57,973 bases of DNA from positions 1 through 57,973 of the IMG/VR virus record IMGVR_UViG_3300008266_000068. The stretch is one strand, 5' to 3'. Of the stretch, positions 1 through 10,055 are shown one piece after another (within the stretch, counting starts at the first letter, position 1; the number at the start of each line of letters is the position of its first letter). The stretch is from a virus. Lineage: Duplodnaviria > Caudoviricetes. The notes under the pieces are model-generated. The model saw nothing but the letters and a program-made list of their open reading frames with translations. It searched no databases and was not told the origin of the DNA. The position numbers and the translations under genes are program-made.

Positions 1-26
1 AATTATATAATAATCATTTTTAAATT

Positions 27-1043
27 CTATTGAGAATTTATAACTTTTAAATTATCATTAACGTGTAAATTTTCGTATGATTCAATAGCAGGTTTAATAC
101 TATTAAGAGTTTTATTGTTAACTACTACAACTTTTTTATTTACATTTCCGTAATCACCTCTATCATGTAAAGCATAATTTTCAAACAATATCGGCATATC
201 AATAAAATCTGCTAAACGATTTATATTTTCAATATCGTCATCTAAAAATAATTTTACTGAACATTTATTAAAATTTTCGAGTGTAAATTTTGTTTTTTCT
301 CTTTCAAAGAAAATCAAATCGTAATAAATATTGTTTTTATCCAACCATTTTATTGTATCAAAAAACAAACGATTGTATTTTTTATATGGACGAGCTGTAA
401 GTAATACTATTTTATATTTAAGTGAACGTAAAAATTCAATGAATTCAACAACAACTTTTTGTGACGTTGAGTTAGTCGCTTCTTTTCCTGATAAACGATA
501 TTCGTGTTTAAGTTTTTTATAAAGTAAATAATTTTGTTTTTTAATTTGCGCAATTGTTTTAAAAGTTTGTCCACTTTCCATATATACATAATCCAAAAAT
601 TCAATAGGATAATGATTTATCACACCATCTATATCTATTATAGCTACCTTCGTTTCTGAATTTATCAATTTTATTTTCTTTTGTTGTTCATATTTAAAGT
701 TAACAATAAAAGATTTTTCATCGTATTTTTCAATAAAATCGTTAGAACTATATCCAGCAATTACAAAACAATTGATTAAAAATTTAAAAGTATCAACACC
801 TTCTTCTAAAAAATTATTACCATCGGCGTTCATATCAGTATGTTGTTTCCAAGGTAATTCATCTAACATTTCCATAAATTCCTTAGCACCTGAAAGAATA
901 AATTCTTTCAACCATTTTATTTTCTCTTCACCTGATAATAAATCAATATCAAGATTGAATTTTTCTTTTAATACTTTTCCTGTGAAAGTTTTTTGTACAT
1001 CAAATATGTGATGTATAAATTCATGCTGCGTTTGTTTTGTCAT
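27..1043 (-). CDS. Fusion of an all-alpha NTP pyrophosphohydrolase (dimeric dUTPase/MazG-like) and a HAD-family nucleotidase
   Basis: N-half has KEFMEMLDELPWKQH...EEGVDTFKFL (all-alpha NTP-PPase acidic motifs). C-half has IIDIDGVI (HAD motif I), LLTARP (motif II) and FLDDD (motif IV). Confidence 0.7.
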   Translation of the reverse strand: MTKQTQHEFIHHIFDVQKTFTGKVLKEKFNLDIDLLSGEEKIKWLKEFILSGAKEFMEMLDELPWKQHTDMNADGNNFLEEGVDTFKFLINCFVIAGYSSNDFIEKYDEKSFIVNFKYEQQKKIKLINSETKVAIIDIDGVINHYPIEFLDYVYMESGQTFKTIAQIKKQNYLLYKKLKHEYRLSGKEATNSTSQKVVVEFIEFLRSLKYKIVLLTARPYKKYNRLFFDTIKWLDKNNIYYDLIFFEREKTKFTLENFNKCSVKLFLDDDIENINRLADFIDMPILFENYALHDRGDYGNVNKKVVVVNNKTLNSIKPAIESYENLHVNDNLKVINSQ

Positions 1044-1045
1044 CG

Positions 1046-2008
1046 TTATTTTTTTTCTGATTGTTTTAAAATTTTACAGGATTTAATTAATTCATTTGAT
1101 TTTATTGAATGATTCCATTGTGCAAATCTACCTATTAATTTTATCCCCTTAAAACTCGTTAGATTTAAACTATTCTTAATTTGCAATGGGACATTTTCGT
1201 ATTTATCTATTATTCTATGACCTTTTATAAAATTTTGTTTTTCATTAATAGTTTCAATAGTTTCAAAAACTATATAACCCGGGAAAAAAGATTTTCTTGT
1301 ATAAACATTACTTAACGCATATGAATAAGCGTATTTATTATAATACTCTTCATTATTATCAATGTATTTACATTTATAAAAATGTTTTTTAAGTATCTCA
1401 TAATTATGTTCGTATTTACCAGAAAAATCATGCATCATTTGTTCAAGAAAATCAATTCTTATAGTTGAAATTAAATCATCGTAGTCAATATAACTACCTT
1501 CACCATCGTTATGTAAAAACAATGATTTTAATTCTGTATTTACACTTACAACTTTATCGTAAATAATCATATCATTATCATCCAACCATTGCTTTAATGC
1601 AGTAAATAAATTTATATAAAATAAATTCGGATCTGCCTGATCTGCAGTAAAAACTGAAAATGAAGATTCACCGCTTGATAAAAAAGATTTTTCGTATTCT
1701 TCTTTACCACGAGTATTTAATGAATATCGTTTTTTAAAATCTTCTGATAATGAAGTAATCTGATCAAAAACGTCTACATATCCAACTTCAATTTCTTTTT
1801 CCTGAAGAACATCATACAATTTTATTTTTGTATTTAATTCTTCAAGAAAATCTTTTACATCGTCATCTACCTTTAATAATCTTACACCGGGAATAAAACG
1901 TAAATTCAACTGCCCTAAAGGATTTTTATCAATTATTTTATAACCAGAATAATACGACGCAATCATTCCCGCAATACCTCCCCCAATTATATAATTTTTT
2001 GTGCTCAT
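1046..2008 (-). CDS. FAD-dependent oxidoreductase-like protein (Rossmann fold)
   Basis: N-terminal YIIGGGIAG dinucleotide-binding motif and C-terminal LIGRFAQW, like the C-terminal FAD motif of UDP-galactopyranose mutase/amine oxidase-type flavoproteins. Confidence 0.65.
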   Translation of the reverse strand: MSTKNYIIGGGIAGMIASYYSGYKIIDKNPLGQLNLRFIPGVRLLKVDDDVKDFLEELNTKIKLYDVLQEKEIEVGYVDVFDQITSLSEDFKKRYSLNTRGKEEYEKSFLSSGESSFSVFTADQADPNLFYINLFTALKQWLDDNDMIIYDKVVSVNTELKSLFLHNDGEGSYIDYDDLISTIRIDFLEQMMHDFSGKYEHNYEILKKHFYKCKYIDNNEEYYNKYAYSYALSNVYTRKSFFPGYIVFETIETINEKQNFIKGHRIIDKYENVPLQIKNSLNLTSFKGIKLIGRFAQWNHSIKSNELIKSCKILKQSEKK

Positions 2009-5000
2009 AAAATTTGAATTTTTGTTTTATCGATTGAATAAATAGAATTCGATTTTCTGTATGTATCTTCAGCACATCTTCCGCTCATAAACATAATTCT
2101 TCCAATTACAGAATCATCAAATAGTTTATGATATTGTTTTTCATCTTCCCAAATTATACAATAGAAATAATTATTGTTTTGATCTATTTTTACAGTTACA
2201 ATATTTTTAGAAACACCTTTTTTTGTTTTTCTTTTAGTAATTTCCATAATTATTCCAGCAGTAAGTACATGATTATTTTTACTACTACCTTCATATGTTT
2301 TAATTCTTTCGTAATCAAAGAAATTAAGAGGTGAATTTACAAAAACAGTGTTAACTATTATTTTTCTGTAATCAATATCATCAAAGCTACAAATATTTTT
2401 TGTTTCTAACTGCCAAACAAAATTATTGTTATATTTTTCAGTATGATATAATTCGTATTTTTCTTTTGCAAAAATTTCAAATTTAGATATTATTTTTAAT
2501 CTATCAATTGGAAATTTAATATTTTCAATAACATCAAAACAACCACATAAAATTAAATTTCTAATTACAGCTTTATTAACAACTTTTGTTTTTCCGCATC
2601 TTTCCCAAAAATCGTTAAATGATCTAAATTTACCATTTACCTGTCTTTCATTAAAAAGTTTTTCAACTGATTTTTCACCCGCTTGTTTTATAGACGTTAT
2701 TGACCAATATATATTGTTCTTATCATCGTAAGAAAAATTTTCTACAGAAAAATTAATATCAGGAGGTAATACATTAACTACTTTTAATTTATTAATTTCG
2801 TTCATCCTTTTGGATAAATCTTCTGTTTCATGTACTCTATTTAATGACGCTACCCAAAATTCTAATGGATAATAAACTTTAAACCATTGAGCAATATATC
2901 CAGTTATAGCGTAAGCTGCTGCGTGACTTCTATTAAAACCATAAGTAGCAAATCCAACTAATTTATCCCACACTTCTTGTGCAACTTCTTTTTCTACTCC
3001 GAAGTTTCTTTCATATCCTTTTATAAATATTTCCTCATGCATTTTATATTTTTGATCAGATTGATTATCACCTTTTAATTTAGTAATAAACTTTCTAAAA
3101 TCATCTGCTTCTTTCAATAAACAATTAGACATCTTTTGATATGCTAACATTGACTGTTCTTGATAAATAAATAAATACCCAGTATAACCTATTATTTCTT
3201 CAAGGTTAGGTAATACATCTGGCTTTTCTTCACCAAATTTCATTTTCACAAATTTAATATGTGCTCCTGTGTCCATAGGACCTGGGCGATATAAAGCGTT
3301 TGCAGCAATTAATTCTTCAATATTATCTGGTTTTAAATATTGAGTATATTGTTTTTGTGAATCACTTGTAAATTGAAATATGTCTTCGTTTAATCCTTCA
3401 TGAAAAAATTCATATACTAATTTGTCATCAAGTGGAATATCATCTATAACAATATCAGTGTTATAATTTTTCTTTATTAATTTTTTTATATCTGCAAATT
3501 TATCTAACTGACCAAGTCCTAATAAATCTTCTTTTAAATATCCTATCTCTTCAAGTCTTACGCTATCCCATTGAGTTACTAAATTATCATCAAGTAATTC
3601 TGTAGGTGCCCAATCAAAAAATGTTTTTTGATTTTCATTAATAGGTACAATTATAGTCGCTGATGCGTGAACGCCTCTTGATCTTGGATGAAATAATATT
3701 GCTTCAAGATATTCTACTACATCTGGGTAATTTTGAATAGTTTCAAGAATTATTTTTTCTTTTAATGCTACTTTAAATAAATCGGTTATATTTCCACTTT
3801 CATATTCTTTAGTAATTAAAGAAGTCATAAACTTCAATTTACTATGTTCAACGCCAAAATGTTTTAACGTATCTGTTAAACAAGATTTTAATTTAAAGTT
3901 TTGATAAGTACCTACTTCAGCTACACGAAATTTTCCATATTTATCACGAATAAATTGTTTTACATCTTCTCTATAATCACCTTGAATATCTATATCAATA
4001 TCAGGTAATGATGATGCTAATCTTGATTCATTTAAAAATCTTTCAAATAGTAAATTATACTTTATAGGATCGAGTATTTTCGTAATATCTAATAAATATG
4101 AAGTTAATGCACCAGCAGCAGAACCTCTTCCTACACCGTATTGTATATTTTGCGACTTCATCCATCTACAAACATCATGTAATATTAAAAAATAATCGAC
4201 TACGCCACCTTTTGATAAAACAGTATATTCCATTTGAATACGTTCTAAATAAGGATCGAAATTTTCTACGTCTTTTAATTTTACATCAAAACTTTTATAA
4301 ATTAAATCCCAAAATAAATCATCGTTTGTTTTAAATATTTTTCTTTCATCTTCATTCATTTCGTATTTAGGTAAATATTTCTTACCTGTAGCTATTTCAA
4401 AACTACATTTTTCGTTTATTTCACAAGTATGTTGAAATGCTTTATCAAATTCATTCTTTCCTTTTTCTTTATCTTTAAACAATTTTATAAATTCAGATTG
4501 TATTACGTCTAACGATTTGAAATATTGATTATCAGAATCGAAAAGGTTTAATTTTAATACTGAATTTAAAAATTTCTTTATCTGACTTTGATTTTTTTCA
4601 ATATAAAATGATTCACAAATTATACAAGGATTTATTTTATTACTATATTTTTCGTAATACGTTTGTATATTAATAAGATGTTTTTTATCTCTTTCATTAT
4701 TTTTCCATTCAACTAAATCTATTTTATAATAAAGATCGTCGTTAAATGTTTTAATATACTTATCAATATTTGAAAAATCATAACCATTACTTAATATACA
4801 AATAACGCCTTCGCTTTTTTCAATTAATAAATAATCAATATCTATTGTTTGTTTTTTAAGTACTGAAAATTGCGAATGAATATTCATTATGTTTTGCCAA
4901 CCAATTTCATTTTTAGCATATAATAATATTTCATACTGTTCAACAAAAATTTGTATACCTAATATTGATTTTATTTTATTTTTTTTACAATGCTGTTGAA

Positions 5001-5451
5001 AATCTATAATACCATTTAAAGTTGTTTTTTGACAAATACCAATTGTTTCGTAACCTAAAAATTTAGCTTTTTTAATATACTGTTCAGGCATACCAATCGC
5101 AGCACCTATTTCATATCCTGTATGAATACCTAAGTATGGAAAATTAGTTTCAAAATGGAAAATTGATTTACCTAAATACTGTAATTTATTTAGTGTTAAT
5201 TCTTCGCCAATTTCAGAGTAATATAACTTACCACCAAAAACAAAAGCAAAATATTTGATATCTAAATCAACATCAGATATAAACTCAAATTCTTCGTCGT
5301 CAAGAATAATTTGAAATTCTTCGTCAATTACTTTACCATTCTTACTTTTAATGAAAATAAATTTACCTGTATCGTAAATTTCAAATACAATATCAGAAAT
5401 AAAATTATAACTAATATTTAAACTATCTAATAACGATTTTATTTGCTCCAT
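2005..5451 (-). CDS. dnaE: DNA polymerase III alpha subunit (family C)
   Basis: GVGRGSAAG, LLFERFLN, SLPDIDID, KEDLLGL, ALYRPGPM, YGFNRSHAAAY motifs and a C-terminal OB-like region. Confidence 0.95.
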   Translation of the reverse strand: MEQIKSLLDSLNISYNFISDIVFEIYDTGKFIFIKSKNGKVIDEEFQIILDDEEFEFISDVDLDIKYFAFVFGGKLYYSEIGEELTLNKLQYLGKSIFHFETNFPYLGIHTGYEIGAAIGMPEQYIKKAKFLGYETIGICQKTTLNGIIDFQQHCKKNKIKSILGIQIFVEQYEILLYAKNEIGWQNIMNIHSQFSVLKKQTIDIDYLLIEKSEGVICILSNGYDFSNIDKYIKTFNDDLYYKIDLVEWKNNERDKKHLINIQTYYEKYSNKINPCIICESFYIEKNQSQIKKFLNSVLKLNLFDSDNQYFKSLDVIQSEFIKLFKDKEKGKNEFDKAFQHTCEINEKCSFEIATGKKYLPKYEMNEDERKIFKTNDDLFWDLIYKSFDVKLKDVENFDPYLERIQMEYTVLSKGGVVDYFLILHDVCRWMKSQNIQYGVGRGSAAGALTSYLLDITKILDPIKYNLLFERFLNESRLASSLPDIDIDIQGDYREDVKQFIRDKYGKFRVAEVGTYQNFKLKSCLTDTLKHFGVEHSKLKFMTSLITKEYESGNITDLFKVALKEKIILETIQNYPDVVEYLEAILFHPRSRGVHASATIIVPINENQKTFFDWAPTELLDDNLVTQWDSVRLEEIGYLKEDLLGLGQLDKFADIKKLIKKNYNTDIVIDDIPLDDKLVYEFFHEGLNEDIFQFTSDSQKQYTQYLKPDNIEELIAANALYRPGPMDTGAHIKFVKMKFGEEKPDVLPNLEEIIGYTGYLFIYQEQSMLAYQKMSNCLLKEADDFRKFITKLKGDNQSDQKYKMHEEIFIKGYERNFGVEKEVAQEVWDKLVGFATYGFNRSHAAAYAITGYIAQWFKVYYPLEFWVASLNRVHETEDLSKRMNEINKLKVVNVLPPDINFSVENFSYDDKNNIYWSITSIKQAGEKSVEKLFNERQVNGKFRSFNDFWERCGKTKVVNKAVIRNLILCGCFDVIENIKFPIDRLKIISKFEIFAKEKYELYHTEKYNNNFVWQLETKNICSFDDIDYRKIIVNTVFVNSPLNFFDYERIKTYEGSSKNNHVLTAGIIMEITKRKTKKGVSKNIVTVKIDQNNNYFYCIIWEDEKQYHKLFDDSVIGRIMFMSGRCAEDTYRKSNSIYSIDKTKIQIL

Positions 5452-5494
5452 AAGATTTTAAAAATAATACAATAGTATTATTTTTTTATCTTTA

Positions 5495-5983
5495 TTAAAT
5501 TATACGAGAACATTCCTTTACTTTTAAAACAACAGGTTCGTTATTATCTAATCTTTTAGCATGTAGTTCTATTTGATAAGGTTCGTATTGTCTTATTTTA
5601 CAAACAACTATTTCACCGTCAATTTCACATCTAATATCTACGTTTTTTCTAAAATAATTAGACATATCGAAAAATTCCTGCTGTGCACGTTGCGCATCGT
5701 TTTTATAAATAAATTTGGGAAAACCTTTATCAGTAACTATTTTTCTATAAAATTCCTCGCGCATTGCAGAATCATCAAAAATAGTAGGTAAAAGATTTTT
5801 AGTAGAAATATTTTCTATTTTAGCTTTTTTACCGTTTTTTACAAACTCCCAATATTGAATATCTTTAGGACGCTCATAAATACGAGTTCTAATATCAGCG
5901 CATATCCATTCAAGTTGAAGTGTATTAAAATAATCAAATATTGAAAGCTGTCTTGCTCTTATTAAATGTTCGTTTTTATCCAT
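5495..5983 (-). CDS. Hypothetical protein in replication cluster
   Basis: 162-aa ORF tightly packed between primase and DnaE. Confidence 0.6.
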   Translation of the reverse strand: MDKNEHLIRARQLSIFDYFNTLQLEWICADIRTRIYERPKDIQYWEFVKNGKKAKIENISTKNLLPTIFDDSAMREEFYRKIVTDKGFPKFIYKNDAQRAQQEFFDMSNYFRKNVDIRCEIDGEIVVCKIRQYEPYQIELHAKRLDNNEPVVLKVKECSRII

Positions 5984-5985
5984 TT

Positions 5986-6984
5986 TTAAAATCTTTTTAT
6001 TTTCACTTTTGTTTCGAAAAAAGTTGAATATGATTTCAAATTTAATAAAATAAGTTCTAATTCTTCACTATTCATATCACCTGGGTCATTTTCATCTACA
6101 AAACCAAGTGAAATGGATTCAAAAAATATTGATATTTCGCTAATATTTTCTTGTATTTTATCTAACACATCTGCTTCATATAAAACAATTAACTTACGTA
6201 TTCCTTTTTGTTGAAGTAGTTGTATTTGTTCATAATGAATTTTTGATCCATTTGTAGCACAACATTTAACTGCGTTTTGTTCATCTAAAGAAAGTAATAA
6301 ATCTACCCTGTCTTTATCAAATAACCCTTCTACTATTATTACTGTTTCTGTTTCTTCGTTGCATTCATCTATACCTAAAAGAATTTTTGAAAAATCAGTT
6401 AAGGAATTTCTATATCGTGGAATTGGTTTTAAACCCTGTTCTTGCCTTGTCTCGTTCATTTTATCCAACTCATTCTTAGGTTTTATGTGTCTACCTATAT
6501 ATGCAACAGTTTCATCATTCTGTTTAATTAAAAAAATCACATAATCGTTTTTTAATTTAGGGTCTAATTTAGTTATTCCTATTTCATATTTATGATAAGA
6601 ATAAAAACATCTATTGTCTAAATATTCGTGTGAATTTATTTTTTTGAATCCGAGTGGAATTTTTAATTTTTCAAAACTCAAATCAATATTTATATCAAGA
6701 TTATTATCTTTAATGTGTTCAAGTAATTTAGTTGGCTCATATTCACCGATATCATTATTACTTGGTAAAAATTCAAATTTTTTTTGATCAAAAATTAATG
6801 TAAAAATATTACCCTTATATCCGCACTTGTTTTTTCGATAACATTGGAACGGATGATTTTCCTCTGTATATGAAATGTAAAACTCCTTCTTTCCACAATT
6901 CGGACATTGCCCTTTCAGATTGCCCTTTCGATACTCCGTCAAATTGTTTATAAAATATTCGAGTTGTTTTATGGATAATTTCAT
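5986..6984 (-). CDS. dnaG: DNA primase (Zn-finger + TOPRIM)
   Basis: N-terminal CPNC...C...C zinc finger, TOPRIM IIVEGLFD, DPGD; adjacent to helicase. Confidence 0.85.
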   Translation of the reverse strand: MKLSIKQLEYFINNLTEYRKGNLKGQCPNCGKKEFYISYTEENHPFQCYRKNKCGYKGNIFTLIFDQKKFEFLPSNNDIGEYEPTKLLEHIKDNNLDINIDLSFEKLKIPLGFKKINSHEYLDNRCFYSYHKYEIGITKLDPKLKNDYVIFLIKQNDETVAYIGRHIKPKNELDKMNETRQEQGLKPIPRYRNSLTDFSKILLGIDECNEETETVIIVEGLFDKDRVDLLLSLDEQNAVKCCATNGSKIHYEQIQLLQQKGIRKLIVLYEADVLDKIQENISEISIFFESISLGFVDENDPGDMNSEELELILLNLKSYSTFFETKVKIKRF

Positions 6985-7138
6985 CTGTTGATGATATAAA
7001 AATTAAAAAATCTCTTTTTTGCTGTGTTAATCTTGTTATTATATATTCAATCTTAAAATCAATAAACTTATTATTAAGTTTTAATTTCGTAGTTACGCCA
7101 TCAACAATTAACGTTATTTCGTTTTTTTGTTTTTTCAT
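6815..7138 (-). CDS. Hypothetical protein overlapping the primase 5' end
   Basis: ATG directly follows the helicase stop (TAA-ATG) and fills the helicase-primase gap, but overlaps primase by 170 nt. Confidence 0.4.
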   Translation of the reverse strand: MKKQKNEITLIVDGVTTKLKLNNKFIDFKIEYIITRLTQQKRDFLIFISSTDEIIHKTTRIFYKQFDGVSKGQSERAMSELWKEGVLHFIYRGKSSVPMLSKKQVRI

Positions 7139-8497
7139 TTACAATCGTGCTAATTCAAATTGTGTCCTCATACTGTCATAATATCTACAGTTATCCATAC
7201 TCGACCATATTTTATAAGTTTTTTTAGATTTATGTCTTCTATATTTATCAGCATATAATCTACTTCTACCTTCATCGTATTCTTCATCAGTTTGATTGAT
7301 TGTAAAAAAATATGAAAAAGGTTTTACGCAACCTTTGTATTCACTTATATGCGATCTTGTTAAAACAAATTCTGGATCGTTATATACTTCAGGTCTAATA
7401 TCATTAGCTTGAGTAGCTGTACAAACATGACATTTAAATTCAATTGCTATATTAGTCATTTTTTGCGCAATATCATTTCTTCTTTTTCTTTCAGACGCAT
7501 CTCCTGTACCATATTGTCCTTTTACAGTAAACAATTCAAGATAATCAAATATCACTAAATCTATTGATCCCCATTTTTTCTTTATTTCAAGTAAAAATTC
7601 CCTACATTGATCTATAGACATTGAATCAAAACTTTCAGAAGATTTTATAATAACTTCACCACCGTGAGTTAAAATGTTTTTTCTTGTTCTTTGAATTTTT
7701 TCATTTAATGAATCTGATATTATTCCTTCACACATTTCATCTATTGGAACTGAAGTCCAACACGAATCATATAAATCTAAAGTTTCTTCTTCAGTACCTT
7801 CTGCTTGAAAATGTACAACCTTATTTCCTAATCTTGCCGCTGAACTACCAATCCATTTTAATAATGTTGATTTACCTGTTCCCGATCTACCTAATATTAA
7901 AGACGACGTTCCTTTTCTACCACCACCTTTAGTATCGTTATCTACTTGAGAAATTGAAAAAGGAACTTTTTGTAATAATACATCTAAATCTGCTTTATGT
8001 TTTCTTAAATCATTTCTTTCATTAAACGATTCAAATAATGTTGTATGAGTTTTATCTGTTATTGAAAAATCTGTAATTCTTTTTGATTCGTTATTTAAAA
8101 GTGAAATAGCTTTATTAGCTTCACCTTTATTAAATAAATCACCTGAATCATTATACATATTTACAAAAGCAGCATTTTTTACAAACTCTTCAAATCTTAT
8201 TATTATTTGATCATGATTATCTCTTATAGTTGCGCTTTTAATTTTCGATAAAAAATTAATTACATTTCTTTCTTTATTAAATTGTTGCGCTAATGTTCCT
8301 ACTGTAGGTGGTTTATTAAAAATCTCATAATTATCACACATTGTTTTCCAAACAATTTTTTGAGTATCATTTTGTAAATACGAAAACTTTAAATGTTGTT
8401 TAAAAATATCAAACATATTATTTGACGATAAAGCAACGTTAAATAATTCTACTACAAAATCTTCGTTTAGATTTTTAAATTCCGGCGATTGTCCCAT
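7139..8497 (-). CDS. dnaB: Replicative DnaB-like (SF4) helicase
   Basis: Walker A GRSGTGKST, Walker B LVIFDYLE, TATQAN motif, KYR near C-terminus. Confidence 0.9.
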   Translation of the reverse strand: MGQSPEFKNLNEDFVVELFNVALSSNNMFDIFKQHLKFSYLQNDTQKIVWKTMCDNYEIFNKPPTVGTLAQQFNKERNVINFLSKIKSATIRDNHDQIIIRFEEFVKNAAFVNMYNDSGDLFNKGEANKAISLLNNESKRITDFSITDKTHTTLFESFNERNDLRKHKADLDVLLQKVPFSISQVDNDTKGGGRKGTSSLILGRSGTGKSTLLKWIGSSAARLGNKVVHFQAEGTEEETLDLYDSCWTSVPIDEMCEGIISDSLNEKIQRTRKNILTHGGEVIIKSSESFDSMSIDQCREFLLEIKKKWGSIDLVIFDYLELFTVKGQYGTGDASERKRRNDIAQKMTNIAIEFKCHVCTATQANDIRPEVYNDPEFVLTRSHISEYKGCVKPFSYFFTINQTDEEYDEGRSRLYADKYRRHKSKKTYKIWSSMDNCRYYDSMRTQFELARL

Positions 8498-8500
8498 TTG

Positions 8501-9094
8501 TTATTTTATATTTCTTGCTTTATATAATTCAATAAAATTGTCTTTAAGTATTGTTATACATTCTTCTTTTAAATTGCAATCAATACAAATTTTTGAATCA
8601 GGTTTATATAACGTTGTAAATTCAATACAACTTACTAAAACAGTATCGTCGTTTTTGAATTTTAATTTTAATATTTCTTCGTAATCATATACTTCATTTA
8701 CTTTTACAGTTTTTCTTTCTGGTACATCATTAAAATTAAATTTGTATAATTTTAAATAATCACTTCCTTTAAATTTCCAATCAAAATTTATATCTCTTGC
8801 ACAAAAATTATAAAAAGGTTTTTCATCAAAAATCATGTTTAATAATATCCTACCTTCTGGATTAATTGGATTCGGTGCTATATTTTGCGTTTCTCTATAT
8901 TCAAATTGAAAAACGCAATAACACCATAACATCCATCTATCTGGATGTTGAAATTCAAGTTCAAAGTTTTTTATGAATTTTTTAACTATAGAAAGCGACC
9001 AATCTGTATATTCTAATTTATACTTTTTGTTTTTATATTTTTTTGAATAAAAATATGTATAAAAATCTGCAACATCATCTACATTAATATTCAT
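8501..9094 (-). CDS. Hypothetical protein with C-terminal Cys cluster (possible Zn-binding replication accessory)
   Basis: C...CxxC...C at the C-terminus; 3 nt upstream of helicase. Confidence 0.55.
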   Translation of the reverse strand: MNINVDDVADFYTYFYSKKYKNKKYKLEYTDWSLSIVKKFIKNFELEFQHPDRWMLWCYCVFQFEYRETQNIAPNPINPEGRILLNMIFDEKPFYNFCARDINFDWKFKGSDYLKLYKFNFNDVPERKTVKVNEVYDYEEILKLKFKNDDTVLVSCIEFTTLYKPDSKICIDCNLKEECITILKDNFIELYKARNIK

Positions 9095-9422
9095 TATTGT
9101 TTAAAACGGTTTTATTATATAAAAAATCAAAAATCTTTATCATGCAGTTTTGATTTTTATAATTACTAAAAAAGTAAATTATATCGAAATCAATTGTAAA
9201 ATCATCAATATTAAAAACTGAATTATTAATAAGAGTTTTAAAAAAATTATCAAATAATAAATGTTCCAATTCATCTTGAGTAAGATAAAAATTTTGAACT
9301 TCATTAGAATCATAAGTTTCAAAAATAAAATAAACTCCCATACAACAATCGCATAATCTTATAGATAAATATCTTATAGTATGATGAATTAAAGGTTCGT
9401 TATTATTGCTGTTATCAAACAT
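9084..9422 (-). CDS. Hypothetical protein
   Basis: 112-aa ORF coupled to the next gene. Confidence 0.45.
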   Translation of the reverse strand: MFDNSNNNEPLIHHTIRYLSIRLCDCCMGVYFIFETYDSNEVQNFYLTQDELEHLLFDNFFKTLINNSVFNIDDFTIDFDIIYFFSNYKNQNCMIKIFDFLYNKTVLNNNEY

Positions 9423-9466
9423 AATACAATTATAATAACAATTTTTAAAAGAAAAATCTCTTTATA

Positions 9467-10045
9467 TTAATAAGCGATCTTTATAGAAAAACTATCACTC
9501 TTTTCGTTGTAAAAATTATCTTCATTTGAATGAGCTTCAAGTAAAGTTGTGCAGGAATTAAAAATAAATTTACCAGTATTGTCGAAATAATTTGTATTAG
9601 TATCATCGATTGTTTTTTTCAACCAAATTCCTATTACTTCATTAATAGCAAAAGATGCAATAGTTAAAGCATTTCCAATTTGATCTATATCCGTAAACGA
9701 TGCGGCAATAGGAATATCCGTTTCGTTTTCAATTGTTTCAAATACGTTTTGATTATTAACGTCTACAGCTGGTGAAACTAACGCACCTTCAAATTTACAT
9801 ATACACCCTACTGCTTTTTCAGTATAAATTTTAACATCAGTTTGAATACTACCTGACGTATTCATTAATGATATTAATCTATAAACTGTTTTCTTTTCTT
9901 TTATATCTTGTATTGTAACGTCATTAAATATTGAATTTTTAACACCATTTTTAATCTGTGAAATAGACGGGTACGCACCTAAAGATAACCAACTGTAAGG
10001 TTGTGTTCCACCTGCTGATTTTGAACCCGAATAAAATAGTAACAT
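9467..10045 (-). CDS. Putative tail/baseplate-associated beta-rich protein
   Basis: Last gene of the baseplate/fibre block; beta-rich composition. Confidence 0.5.
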   Translation of the reverse strand: MLLFYSGSKSAGGTQPYSWLSLGAYPSISQIKNGVKNSIFNDVTIQDIKEKKTVYRLISLMNTSGSIQTDVKIYTEKAVGCICKFEGALVSPAVDVNNQNVFETIENETDIPIAASFTDIDQIGNALTIASFAINEVIGIWLKKTIDDTNTNYFDNTGKFIFNSCTTLLEAHSNEDNFYNEKSDSFSIKIAY

Positions 10046-10055
10046 ATTTATTGTT

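Noticed and set aside
2005-8497. Inteins or introns in DnaE, primase or helicase
   Set aside because: Lengths and motif spacing are normal; no intein splice or homing-endonuclease motifs seen.
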